64,000 nucleotides of DNA from Chiloscyllium plagiosum (lineage: Eukaryota): contig NC_057712.1 of assembly GCF_004010195.1 (NCBI RefSeq), forward strand, positions 94,717,591 through 94,781,590, in the 5' to 3' direction. Shown here piece after piece: positions 35,825 through 48,135 of this stretch. Numbering within the stretch: position 1 is the stretch's first letter; each line of letters opens with the position of its first letter. The position numbers were made by a program, and so were the translations under genes. The notes beneath the pieces are model-generated. The model saw only the letters and a program-made list of their open reading frames with translations, did not search any database and was not told the origin of the DNA.

Positions 35825-38566
35825 ACATGGTAAGATGGGACAGGTAATCCAATGTGATATTCATTGGAAGTACTGAATCACCATTAATGTCTTGAGTTTG
35901 ATAAAATATTTCAAGAAACATTCATTGGCCTTGTGGAAATAAGCAGTCCAACAAACTCAACATCACTTATACTTCAGAAAAAACCCAAAAGATTCAGCTC
36001 ATAGTCTATCATGAAATAAACCACATCTTGTTTAAGAGACAAGCATTTTCTCCTTGCATTATCTATTGGTTTTCCTCTACCACACTGGACCAAATTGACC
36101 CCTACAGATTTCAACCTAAAAGGAGGATGATGGCAGCACCTCAATGTAAGACCATAGGACTATAAGACATAGGAGTGGAAGTAAGGCCATTTGGCCCATC
36201 GAGTCCAATCCGCCATTTAATCATGGTGGATGGGCATTTCAAGTCCACTTAGCTGCACTCTCCCTGTACCTCTTAATTCCTTGTGAGATCAAGAATTTAT
36301 GAATTTCTGCCTTGAAGACATTAAACATGCTGCCCTCCAATCCACTCCGTGGCAATGAATTCCACAGACCCATCACTCTCTGGTTGAAGAAATGTGTCCT
36401 CATTTCCATTCTAAATTGATCCCCTCTAATTCTAAGGCTGTGCATCCCCGCCTAACAGAAACAAATTCCCAGCGTCCACCCTTCCCAAGCCATGCATTAT
36501 CTTGTAAGCTTCTATTAGATCTCCCCTCAAACGTCTAAACTCTGATAAATACAATCCCAGGATCCTCAGCTGTTTATTGTATGTTAGGCCTACCGTTCCA
36601 GGGATCATCCTTGTGAATCTCCGCTGGACATGCTCCAGTGCCAGTATGCCCTTCCTGAGGTGTGGGACCCAAAATTGGACATAGTATTCTAAATGGGGCC
36701 TAACTAGAGCTTTATAAAGTCTCAGAAGCACATCGCTGCTTTTATATTCCAACCCTGTTGAGATAAATTACAACATTACATTCGCTTTCTTAATCATGGA
36801 CTCAACCTGTTAGTCAACCTTTAGAGAATCCTGGACTAGCACTCCCAGATCCCTTTGTACTTTGGCTTTATGAATTTTCTCACTGTTTAGAAAGTAGTCT
36901 GTGCCTGTATTCTTTTTTCCAAAGTGCAATACCTTACATTTGCTCACATTTAAATTCATCAGCCATTTTCCGGACCACTCTCCTAACCTGTCTAAATCTT
37001 TCTGCAGCCTCCCCACCTCCTCAGTACTACCAGGCTGTCCACCTAACTTCATATCATCGGCAAACTTCACCAGAATGCCCCCAGTCCCTCAATCCAGATC
37101 ATTAATATATAAAGTGAATAACTGTGGCCCAATACTGAACCCTGAGGGACACCACTTGTCACCGGCTACCATTGCGAAAAAGAATCTTTTATTCCAACTC
37201 TCTGCCTTCTGTCAGTCAATCCGCAATCCATGCCAGTAGCTCACCTCAAACACCGTGGGCCCTCACCTTACTCAGCAGCCTCCTGTGAGGCACCTTATCA
37301 AAGGCCTTTTGGAAGTCTAGATAGATAGCATCCACTGGGTTTCCCTGGTCCAACCTACTTGTTACCTCTTCAAAAAATTCTAACAGGTTTGTCAGGCACA
37401 ACTTCCCCTTACTAAGCCCAAACTGATTTGTTCTAATCTGACCCTGCACTTCCAAGAATTTAGAAATCTCATCCTTAACGATGGATTCTAGAATTTTGCC
37501 AACAACCGAGATTAAGCTAATGATCCTATAATTTTCAATCTTTTGTCTTGATCCTTTCTTGAACAAGATGGTTACAACCGCAATTTTCCAATCGTCTGGG
37601 CCTTTCCCTGACTCCAGTGACTATTGAAAGATCACAATCAATGCCTCCGCTATTTCCTCAGCCACCTCCCTCAGAACTCTAGGATGTAGCCTGTCGGGGC
37701 TAGGAGGTTTATCTATTTTTAGATATTTTAGCTTTTCTAGCACTTTCTCTTTTGTAATGGCTACCATACCCAACTCTGCCCCCTGACTCTCCTTAATTGT
37801 TGGAATATTACTCATGTCTTCCACTTTAAAGACTGACGCAAAATATCTTCAGCTATTTCCTTATCTCCCATCACTAGCCTTCCAGCTTCAGTTTGGAGCA
37901 GCCAAATGTCTACTTTTTCCTCTCATTTGTTTCTTTTGTATTGGAAGAAACTTTTACTATCATTTCTAATATAACTGGCTAGCCTACCTTCATATTTGAT
38001 CCTCTTCTACCTTAATTCTCTCTTTGCTATCGTCTGTTTGTTTTTGTAGTCTTCCCAATCATCTGATTTCCCAGTGCTCTTGGAACCTCTGTACTGTGTC
38101 CTTAATTACACCCAGAAACTCCTGCCATTGTTGCTCTACTGTCTTCCCACTAGGCTCTGCTTCTAGTCGATTTTCATCAGTTCCTCTCTCATACTTCTCT
38201 AATTACCTTTATTTAACTGTAACACCATTACATCCAATTTTGCTTTCTCTCTTTCAAACTGCAGATTGAACTCTACTATATTATGATCGCTGCCTCCTAA
38301 GTGTTTCCTTACTTTAAGATATTTTATAAAGTCTGGCTCATTACATAGCACTAAGTCCAATGTGCCGTTGTTCCAAAAAGCCATCCTGTAAGCATTCCAT
38401 GAATTGCCTTACTTTGGATCCACCAGCAACATTATTCACCCAGTCCATTTGCATATTGAAGCCACCCATGATCACCGTGAAATTGTCTTTCTGACATGCC
38501 CTATCTATTTCCCGGTATATCTTGCGCCCCTGGTCCTGACCACTGTTAGGAGGTCTGTACATAACT

Positions 38567-38828
38567 GGAAATGTGTTGCTGGAAAAGCGCAGCAGGTCAG
38601 GCAGCATCCAGGGAACAGGAGAATCGACGTTTCGGGCATAAGCCCTTCTTCAGGAATGAGGAAAGTTTGTTCAGCAGGCTAAGATAAAAGGTAGGGAGGA
38701 GGGACTTGGGGGAGGGGCGTCGGAAATGTGATAGGTGGAAAGAGGTCAAGGTGAGGGTGATAGGTCAGACTGGGGTGGGGGCGGAGAGGTCGGGAAGAAG
38801 ATTGCAGGTTAGGAAGGCGGTGCTGAAT
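38567..38828 (-). mobile_element. Penelope 3' end nested in CR1, 13-bp TSD
   Basis: TSD tctgtacataact at 38554-38566 and 38829-38841 splits the CR1 endonuclease VMYRPP motif. Confidence 0.93.
38622..38657 (-). ncRNA. Minimal type-I hammerhead ribozyme motif, intact core
   Basis: AUUC-CUGAAGA-A-GGGC UUAU GCCC-GAAAC-GUC/GAUU. All conserved core nucleotides are present, with a palindromic ACGU helix III. Confidence 0.8.
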
Positions 38829-39971
38829 TCTGTACATAACTCCCATTATAGTTTTTTTGCTCTGTGGTTCCTCAACTCCACCCATGCAGACTCCACATCA
38901 TCTGACCCTATATCATTTAGTGCCATAGATTTAATTTCATTCTTAACTAACAAGGCAGCCCTGCCCTCTGCCCATCTCCCTGTCTCTTCAATAAGTTGTA
39001 AATCCTTGGATGTTTAACTGCCAGTCCTGACCCTCCTGCAACCATGTCTCTGTGATGCCTACCACATCATAATCATTCACGAAGATTTGTGCCATTAATT
39101 CATCTACTTTGTTGCAAATACTACGAGCATTCGGGTAAAGTGCCCTAATGCTAACTTTCTTACCATTTTTAGAGGTCTTCGAAATCATATGATGTCCGAA
39201 GTTACCCTTCTTTTATGCTGCATTCCTACTTTCTTCAAGCTTAAAGCCACCTGCCCACATGCTATCCTGCTGCTTATCTTTCCATTTAACTCCATACTCC
39301 CTGTCACTTTCCCTTTTCCTTCTCCCCGACTCAGAAGTTTAAAATCCTACTGACCACCCTATTTATCCTTTTTGCTAGAACACCGGTTCCATATCGGTTC
39401 AGGTGGAGACCACCCCAATGGTACAGACCCTCCCGGTTCCAAAACTGATACCAATGCCCCATAAAATTGAAACACTCTTTCCCCACACCAATCCCTTAGC
39501 CCCATGTTTACTTCCCTAACTTTCTTATCCCTATGCCAATTGACACGTGGCTCAGTCAGTAATCCGTAGATTATGATCCTTGAGGATTTCCTTCCTAGTG
39601 CTTGATAATCCCCAAATAGGTCCTCAACCCTAGCTTTGCCTATGTTGTTAGTCCCAACATGGACCACAACAACTGGATCCTCCCCCTCCCGCTCCAATAT
39701 CCTTTCCAACTAGTCGGAGGTGTCCTGCACCCTGGCACCAGGCAGGTAACATACCATGCGGGACTTCCTATCTATCTTACATAGGATACTATTTGTCCCC
39801 CTAATTACAGAATCATAATTATAACCATAATGTTATGGTGATCAATTGACCAGATGGCTCTGACAACATGAGGAGCAATGTTGAGGATTTATCATAGAAC
39901 AACTTACAGATGTGCTCCCTCCGCTGAGTTTTAGATCTGTCTGATACAAAACCTTGGCAGATCATCATCTG

Positions 39972-40170
39972 CAATAAAAGCGAATTACTGTTGATGCTGG
40001 AAATGTGAAATTTAAACAGAAATTATTTGAAACATACTGGCCTTATGGCATCTGTGGAGAAGCAAAATTCTGAAGGAAATTCATATTCAGTTTGAAAAGT
40101 TAATTCTGTTTTTCTCTTTCTGCTGATGGTGTCAGATCTGATGAATATTTCCAGCATTTTTATTTTTTGT
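39972..40170. mobile_element. Old inverted Penelope pLTR pair
   Basis: gatgctggaaatgtgaaatttaaacaga...ggcatctgtggaga / ctgaagga...gaaaagttaattctg...gatctgatgaatatttccagcattttt. Confidence 0.6.
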
Positions 40171-40199
40171 CATGTGTAATACTATCCAGTTCCCTCCTG

Positions 40200-40510
40200 G
40201 AAGAGTATTTGGCCTTAAACTGGGATGGTGCTCATTCACAGTAATAATAGCATGACTGAAAAAGGTTACATTATGAGAATAATGTGGTCTATTAAGTTGA
40301 GTAAACTTGGTTTGAATTCCGTCGAGTATGATTAAGATGTTTAAAATGTTAAAAGAAGTTTGTAGGGTAGATATGGAGGAATCATATCTTTTACTGGGGG
40401 ACAGAAAAACAAAGGTTAAAAATCTTAAGATGAGAGCAAAGCCATTCAGTAGTGAAATCAGGAAGAACCATTTTACACATATAGTAAAAATCTGGAACTC
40501 AAAAGATTTT
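40200..40510 (+). mobile_element. CR1 ORF2 C-terminal fragment
   Basis: MIKMFKMLKEVCRVD...NLKMRAKPFSSEIRKNHFT..VKIWNS. Confidence 0.75.
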
Positions 40511-40757
40511 GAAGCTACAAAGACCTAGAACCCTAAATTAGGTTCCATTGTGACAATGGTGCCACTTGAATTATTTACCCTTACATCACAGAATCACAGA
40601 ATTATAACAATACAGAAGAAGGCAGTTTAATGCATTGTGGCTGCAACAGCTATGTTAATGCACTCTCTAATGTCCAGGTCTTGAGGCTTTGTGTATTTTT
40701 TCCCATTCTTTGAGTCCTTCTGATATAAGAGCAATTTTCAAGCGACCTGATAATTAT

Positions 40758-41516
40758 AGGGTCAATTTTAACTCTACCCAACAAATGAAAAATGGGTGGG
40801 TGGGCAGGTAAGAATCACCTGATTATTTTTGCACTGGAAATACATTAGGACCTCACCATTCTAAATGTGTGTCTCCTTTGTTGAGCAGGCAAATTATGTG
40901 ATTCATCAAACAAAAGATAGGTTTTCTTGGTGGTCTCCATTATGACTTGGACCGAGAACAATAGCTGTGAGGAGTAAGATTGTTAATTGCTGAACTACTA
41001 TACAGTCGGATTTATGTATTTGATTCCAACAGCTTTCCTGAACTCTACTTTAGACTAGACAAATCCACTGAATCTATTTAGACTTGTGAAATGAATAACA
41101 TTTAAACACACTGGTGGTTAAAAAAGTCTTTCAGATAAATAGTCAAGTAATTATACAAATGAAAAATGACCACGGGCTGACTTTGTATTTAACGGTTCAA
41201 CAATTGTATAAAGTAGGAATGAACAAACCTTAAATCAAGCCGAGCCAATGTAAAATGAATGCTGAAAGGTTCCAGTGGGGATAAGAGAAATCCTTCAGGT
41301 CTCAGAATCCATGGATTCTGTAATCTTTACCAATCCTTATGTGTGTTATTTGTCCCGCTTTGAGTTCTTGTATAGATAACAATTTCCAGGTGGCCAGTTA
41401 ACCTCTCAATATAGGATCATTTTAACTCTACCCAACTAGTGCAAAATGGGTGGGTTGTTAAAAATGATCCAGATTATTTACAAGTAAAAAGACACCAGGA
41501 CTCCGCCATTCTAAAT
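40758..41516. repeat. Two diverged ~105-bp hairpin-containing direct repeats
   Basis: 40758-40866 and 41413-41516 share ttttaactctacccaac..aaaatgggtgggt..gattattt..aggac..ccattctaaat. Confidence 0.7.
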
Positions 41517-41967
41517 TTTATGGAGAAGGCAGTAAGGAACCCCATGCAAACTGCTTGTGGTCCTTCCTCCTTTACACATGCAGAGAGTCCGAGTGACTAA
41601 ATCAGGAGCTAATTATATTGTTAACTAGTGCTCTGAACAGGGAAGCCATTGTCATGTTTCCACCATGTGAAGACTGAATTTGGAGTCATGAGAATCCCAG
41701 TGAGGCAATTTGAACTTTTCTATGCTAAACGAAGAAAGCTAGGCCTCTCCTGCAGTGCACTATTCAATGCCCCGATCCCAACTAACCCATCTCCTTAGGC
41801 TCCCAAAACAAATCAAGCTGTTTTCTCAATGATGGCAGATAGCCTTTGGACTCATAATTTTCCATCAGTATGGGAAGTGAGCTGGTACCACCATCCAGAG
41901 CTAAAATTGGGCCTCCTCTACAGTAACATTATCAATGAGGAATATATGTATCTGTGTGTGTTTACAA

Positions 41968-42175
41968 TCATAGAGTCATACAGCATAGAAACAGGATTTT
42001 TGTCCCACCATGTCAATGCTGACCAACATACACCAAACTGAACTAATCCTATTTACCTGCATTTGGTCCATAGTCTACCATGCCCCAGCATTTTAAGTGC
42101 TCATTCAGATGCTTCTTAAATGTTATGACAATGCTTGCAGTGTGAAAAAATTGTCCTTCTTTGTATCTCTATGAC
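41968..42175 (-). mobile_element. CR1 3' tail fragment
   Basis: tcatagagtcatacagcatagaaacagg... Confidence 0.75.
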
Positions 42176-43079
42176 CCCTCCGCTGCCCCTCCACACATGC
42201 AGTTAGATTAAGACCAGGATTTATTACACATAGTTTATCAAAGCTGATACTTCATGAGGCTTTTTTTTAATTGGTTGACCCTGCACTCTTGGTATACTCT
42301 GTGCATGTTACTGTAAATGAGGCTTTGAGGTTACATATACACACTGCTCAATTTCTGAAAGGTTAATGACTTCTGAGCACTAAACATACAATCCTTGTCA
42401 GAAGTCATACAATGTTTTATGGAAAATGTCGATTGATGTTTAGTTAAAAGAGGGAGGGAGAGCTTTTCTTAACCAACAGCAATGCATTTCAGATTGCATC
42501 CAAGTATTTTTAACGTACTGCTAGATAATGCCACAGATTTACCTTTTGTGTTTCCTGAAGCTACATCCACATTTCAGAACCAGCTAAACCATCAATTCAT
42601 TGGCATAAAGAGTGCACAATGCATCAGGCTGCTGTGGAGTATACAACACGCTGGAATAAATGGAAGGAGGATATTGAAGGTTCAAAATCCAGTTTACAGA
42701 TAAAACTGTGCAAGTGACTGCAAATCATCTAAGGATACATGAATCAAGCTAATCTGTAGGCATTAGACTTGTTTGCTGCAGTATTTTAGTGCAATGACAA
42801 GATGGAGTTACAAGACTTTAATAAACTAATAAAGATTGTTGAGATAATCAACAACAAACAAAAAAAGTCAAACAAAATGAGGAAGGTGATAGTTCTATTG
42901 AAATCAGACAGCTCTGGATATTCTTTAATCAGAATGCTACTGTGGACTGTATTTCACAATACAATAAAGTGCACAACTGGCGAAAAACATAAATTCAATG
43001 CATGTTGTTCTAGTCATTGTAGTGGGAAAGCTTCTTTTAATCAAGAACATTAAGACCAAACTGTGAATATGCACAGGTG

Positions 43080-43400
43080 AAGTATAGTGATTGAATTGCT
43101 GTCTTTAGGAGTAATCCAGAGGCTGGGCTAATAATCCAGAAATGTGAGTTCCTATCCCATCACAGCAGTTTGAGAGTTGTGAATTCAGTTACCAAATCAA
43201 AAGTTGGTAGCTGTAAAACTGTAATCATTGTAGAAACCTGACTGATTCATCTCCTAAAGAGAAGGAAATCTGTCATCCTTAACCAACCTAGTCAATGTGT
43301 GATTCCAATGCTGCATCAATGGATGGTCACTTTGAAAAAAAAACTGAACAAATCTCTCAATTGTAATAAATGCTGGACAATAAAGACTGGACCTTGTAGC
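43080..43400 (+). mobile_element. Degraded tRNA-derived SINE (family of 63611-63935)
   Basis: gtaatccagaggc...gagttcctatccc...gaaggaaatctgtcatccttaacc...atgtgtgattcca...aataaatgctgg. Confidence 0.7.
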
Positions 43401-43809
43401 AAATTATGGGTTTTGGTTTTGTGCTTCAAACATATATACAAACAGTAACAGTATCAAAGAATTTACAGCAAAGAACTCACACTTTGTACGTTGGGTATTA
43501 GAATATCTCAAAAGGCAGGTATATCTAAGTCTGCTTATTTAGATAAAGCAAGTAACTCAACAGTTTACACAATATATCAGCTACAGCTAAACTTTTCTAT
43601 TCTCCGCAAATGAGATCACCTTCTCTCTACAAGCAAGAAAAAACAAAACACACATCATCCAGTGGAATACACCTCATATTGTACTTCCTTCCATCTAACC
43701 GACACAACCCTTAAATATATGGGAGGTTATTTTGATGTAAAGATGACATCCATGAAGATATGCCTTTGAAAGTCTAGTTCTAGCACACAAGTTGGCCCTA
43801 TTGCTAATT

Positions 43810-45770
43810 ACAATCATTGGAATTGCCTATAAGTCAGAAGCAGAAGGATATTCAGAGCCTCAGTTCTGCTCCACCATTAGATAAGATTGCGGTTCATATG
43901 ATTGTCCAATCTACACTCTTGCATGCCCCTGATTCCCTTTCATCCCCTTTCTAAAGAATCTATTTACTTCTGTCTTAAAAGTTTTCCAAAACCTTTTCAG
44001 AAAGACAGTTCCAAAGACTCACTACTCTCTTATGGGAAAAAGATGCTCTGTGTTTTAAATATAAATTCCCTGATGTTTAAACAGTGACCTCCAATACTCC
44101 CATATGAGGAATCACCCTCTCCATATCTACTTTGTCAAGATCCTTCAGGATTTTATATGTCTGAATCAACTCGCCTCATACACCTTTGTACATCACAATA
44201 TACAAACCCAGCCTGTTCAACCATTTTGCATAAGACAACCTGCCTATTCCAGGTATTAGTCTATTAAACTTTTTCTGAACTGATTCTGATGCATTTACAT
44301 CAATCCTTAAATAAAATAACCAGTACTGTACACAGTAGACCAGATACGGTCTCAGCAGTGTCCATATAATTGAAATACAATCTCCTTCCTTTTGTATGCA
44401 ATTCTTCCTCATGACAAGTAGTAGCATAGCATTAGTTTTCAGAATTGCTGTACTCATGCACTAGGACACCCGGATTCCTCTGCACCTCAGAGCTCTGCAA
44501 CCTCTCACCACTTAGATAATATGTTTTTTTTTATTCTTGCTGCCAAAATGGACAACTTCACATTTTCTCACATTGTTGTCCACTCACTTCTCTATTTCTT
44601 TTTGTGACTTTCTTATCTCCCCTTCACCATAAGACCATGAGATGTAGGCACAGAAGAAGGCTATTTGGCCTTTCGAGGCTGTTCTGTTATTCATTGAGAT
44701 CATGGATGATCTGAACTCCTGAACTCCACTTTCCTGCCTTTTCCCCATAACTCTTGATTCCCTTACTGTCTCCCTTAGCCTTGAATATACAGATTGGCCC
44801 AGTTTCAAAAGCCCTCTACTGAAAAGAACCCCAGACATTCTCTACTCTCTGAGAGAAGTAATTTCTCTTGATGTCTGTACGGAATAGGTGACCCCTTACT
44901 CTGAGATTATATCGAGACTTAACTTTGTGTCATCAGCAAACTTAGCAACTATACCTTCTGATCCTTCAGCAAAGCCACAGATGTGAATTATAAACAGTTG
45001 AGGTTCCAGCAATGATCCCTGTGGCACAACATTCATTACATCTTGCTAACATGAAACAGACCAATTTACACCACTCTCTGCTTACTGTTCGCCAGCCAAT
45101 CTTCTATCTATGTGAATATGCTGCCCCCTATAGCATGAGCTTTTATTTTCCTCAGTAACCTTTGATGTGGCGCTTTGGCAAATGCCTTCTGAAAATCTCA
45201 GTGCAGTACATTCTCCAGTTCTCTTTGGGCCACAGCACATGTTACCTCCTCAAAGAACTCCAGTAGATTGGTCAAACATGCTTCCCTATCACAAAACCAT
45301 TTTGACTCTGCCTGACGGCTTTAAACTTATCCAATTGTCTTGTTAAAGCTTTTCAAGAATAGCTTCTAGCATTTTCCCTATGACAGATTTTAAGCTAACT
45401 AGCCCATTGTGTCCTGCTTTCCACCTCCCTTTTTGAATAAGGGAGCTACATTCACTATCTTCCAATCTCACAAGACTATCTTTCAATCAAAGGATTTTTG
45501 GAAAATTAAAACGAATGCATCCATTAACTCTCTAGTCATTCCTTTTCAAATCCTGGGATGATACTCATCAGAGTCTGGGCACTTATCAGCCCGTAGATCA
45601 ATAATTTACTCAGTACCACTTCCCTGATGATTGTGATATTCCTGAGTTCCTCCTTCCTATCCATTTCCTGACTTGTTGCTGCTTCTAGGATGTTATTTGT
45701 ATCCTCTGTATTCAAGACGCCTGACCAATTGCCTACCATTTCCTTGTTTTACCATTTTATCTCTCCAGGC
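43810..45770 (-). mobile_element. CR1 LINE fragment with nested CR1 3' end (44628-44915)
   Basis: LLRPYLVYCVQYW..RIDVNASESVQKKFNRLIPG; gtcatcagcaaactt (KFADD); nested tail ccataagaccatgagatg. Confidence 0.85.
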
Positions 45771-47279
45771 TGACTTTCTCTTGCACCAATGCTCACTTTG
45801 CGAAATACAACCATTATTGGCTGTGAGCTGCTTTGATGTACCCTGTGGTCATGAAAGGTACTATATCAGTGCACATCTTTCTTTTTTAGAATAGTTTTTC
45901 TCTTGCACAGGGTTAACAGAAAATCTGAAAGGATATTTTAATTTATTGCACTTACACTGAGTCATGAAGTGTACTCGCACTGCCGACAGCTGCATTTTGG
46001 CCCAAGGTTGCTCATGAATTTAATACTTAATCCCTTCAGAGTATTTTCAAGATAGTTAGTCACATCTGGAAAGAACTGAGAAGTAGCTCACATGACATGA
46101 GGAGTATTGCAGCTCCCTCTCTGCTTGCAATAATCCCCTTAAAACAAAATACAAATGCATAAATCTTCCGTAAGTTATTTGATTCAAATAAATAAAAAAT
46201 CCTTACACACCAAACAGAGTAAATAATGTGTAATTGTAAAACCATCGCATAGCAAGGAAAACCTCTGTGATTCTAAAGAAACCACTGGAACTCCTCACAT
46301 GAAATAAATTGAATATCCATTGGTTCCCCGGGGTGCATCCATACTTCACTTTTTAGCTTGATAGATCACACTGTAATCTAACAGTTTCAGTTTTTAATAT
46401 TAGTAACAAATCACTCAGAGGCAAAGTATGCAGTGAGTGCATCCTGGAATAAATATTGGGATATGACTGCTCAGGACCTCTGTCACTGACCCCATTAAAC
46501 ATCATAGACACTCTGTGGACCACCTGAGAGTAGAGAAGCAGGTGGGCTAATCCGTACATTGGGTGTGGGGGGGAGGGGTGGGAGGACAGATTGCCCATTC
46601 ATTGGCCAATTAAAGCCCTTAAGTGGATAATTAAGGGCTTCATCCCACCTTTACCCAAATTCAGTAAATGATAGGAGAAGCTGGCAATTAATGATCAAAC
46701 ATAATCCTGAGTGTAGCTGGCTAATTGAAATGTCCCCGGCACTGTCATGAGAGCCTGATAGACTGGCCCAGTGATGTACCTTAACGCCAATCTCCTTTCA
46801 ATGAGTGCCATCTCTTTGGTCTTACCTGCAATACTGGCAGTGACCACCAGTCTTGCTTGGTGTTGCTGAGCTTTTGGCTTCCATTTGGCTGCAACTTTAC
46901 GAGGCAGACGGTGGTTCCACCTCATGCTAATTAAAGGGCTGTCATCTGAAAACAGAAAACTGGGTGAGTCATCAAAGCAGAGGTGCGCCTGTCAACAATA
47001 TTTACACTGGGCTACAATGTATAACACAACCCATGGGATCAGGCGACTGCATTTGGGTGATATGTGAATCGCAGGGTGCCTGGTACAGTCAGGGACTAAT
47101 GTAGGATGCCCACTAAACCAATATACCAGAAATATTGGCATACATTTCCTGCTTCACCACCAAACAACGTTTGTCTCACCACTAGAAAACATTTGGATAT
47201 AAAAAAGAGTGTAAATTATATATAATCATCAGATGAAATTTTAACTTTCAACTTTTTGAAGTTGAGATGTGATCCTGTC

Positions 47280-47562
47280 ATTCATCTTGTTTAAATGGGC
47301 AACACCTTATTTTTTTAAACAGTGAGCCCAAGTTCTCCAATCTCCCAAAAGAAGAAATGTTCTTACCACATGCACCCTGTCAAGACACCTCATGTTTCAA
47401 TTAAGTCACTTCATATATTTCTAAATTCCAGTGGATGCAATCATATTCAGTCAAATCTTTCTTTAAAGACAATTCACCTATTCTGGGTACTAACCAATTA
47501 AACTTTCTCTAAACTGTTACCAATGCAGTAATATTATCCCTCAAAGAAGGAGATTAATAGTA
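47280..47562 (-). mobile_element. CR1 fragment abutting truncated 3' LTR
   Basis: caccctgtcaagacacctc...ggtactaaccaattaaactttctctaaactgttaccaatgca. Confidence 0.65.
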
Positions 47563-47643
47563 CTCCAGTAATCTTGAGTTCCAACTCTCCTTTTCATCAA
47601 ATTCATCATAAATTTATAACTTTGAAGGGTCTGTCTGGCGACA
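47563..47643 (-). repeat. Truncated 3' LTR
   Basis: tgtcgccagacagacccttcaaagttataaatttatgatgaatttgatgaaaagg versus 5' LTR tgtatccaggcagactgctcaaaatgataaatttatgatgaatttgataaaatgg. Confidence 0.85.
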
Positions 47644-47829
47644 GTCCCTCCTGTTGATCCTGAACACAAAGTGTGATGGATCACACAATAAAGGCCAATC
47701 TCTTGTATGGTGAGTACATGATCATCAAGCTCAAGCTAACCATAATATATGCTTAAACCACTACACTGTTATAGGTAGCATATGAGAATCAAGCAAACAT
47801 AGTAAACTAAATAAATAAGGAGAAGTGAG

Positions 47830-48135
47830 CAACTACAAAACAAATTCGTAATGAAAAACCAACAAAAAGATGAAACAAATGTTATGAACTACAAAAGAAC
47901 AACAAAAAAAATCATCAAATATAAAAAAAACAAAACAAATGTTATCAAACCACAAGAAAAAAATTCATAACAAAAATTTTCATAACGCAAACTTAAAAAT
48001 TGAACAAACATTATAAAACTGGGGAATATTTTATACATTGGAGAAATAGATGAATATTTAAAAATTCATAACGTGAAATGGAAAAATCAAACAAATGTTA
48101 TAAAATCACAAATGAAAAATATCATAGATCATTTC
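47830..48135. repeat. Degenerate A-rich tandem repeats (U-rich on proviral strand)
   Basis: Recurring aaacaaatgttat and ttcataac motifs at roughly 60-80 bp spacing. Confidence 0.65.

Larger units (their letters stand above)
36147..39810 (-). mobile_element. Long CR1 (HER1-like) LINE with esterase ORF1 and APE-RT ORF2, decayed
   Basis: ORF1 SGNH/GDSL motif DPVVVVHVGTNNIG; ORF2 NARSICNKVDEL..VGITETWL, GGSDHN, YLDFQKAFDKVPH, KFADD, VRPHLEYYVQFW; tail (ttatggtc/ttatagtc/ctatgtc)n at 36147-36172. Confidence 0.95.

Noticed and set aside
46560-47050. Possible old non-autonomous DNA transposon (ccaattaa..cttaagtgg motifs, also ~3780 and ~60760)
   Set aside because: Ends and TSD are not definable, so it is too weak to annotate.
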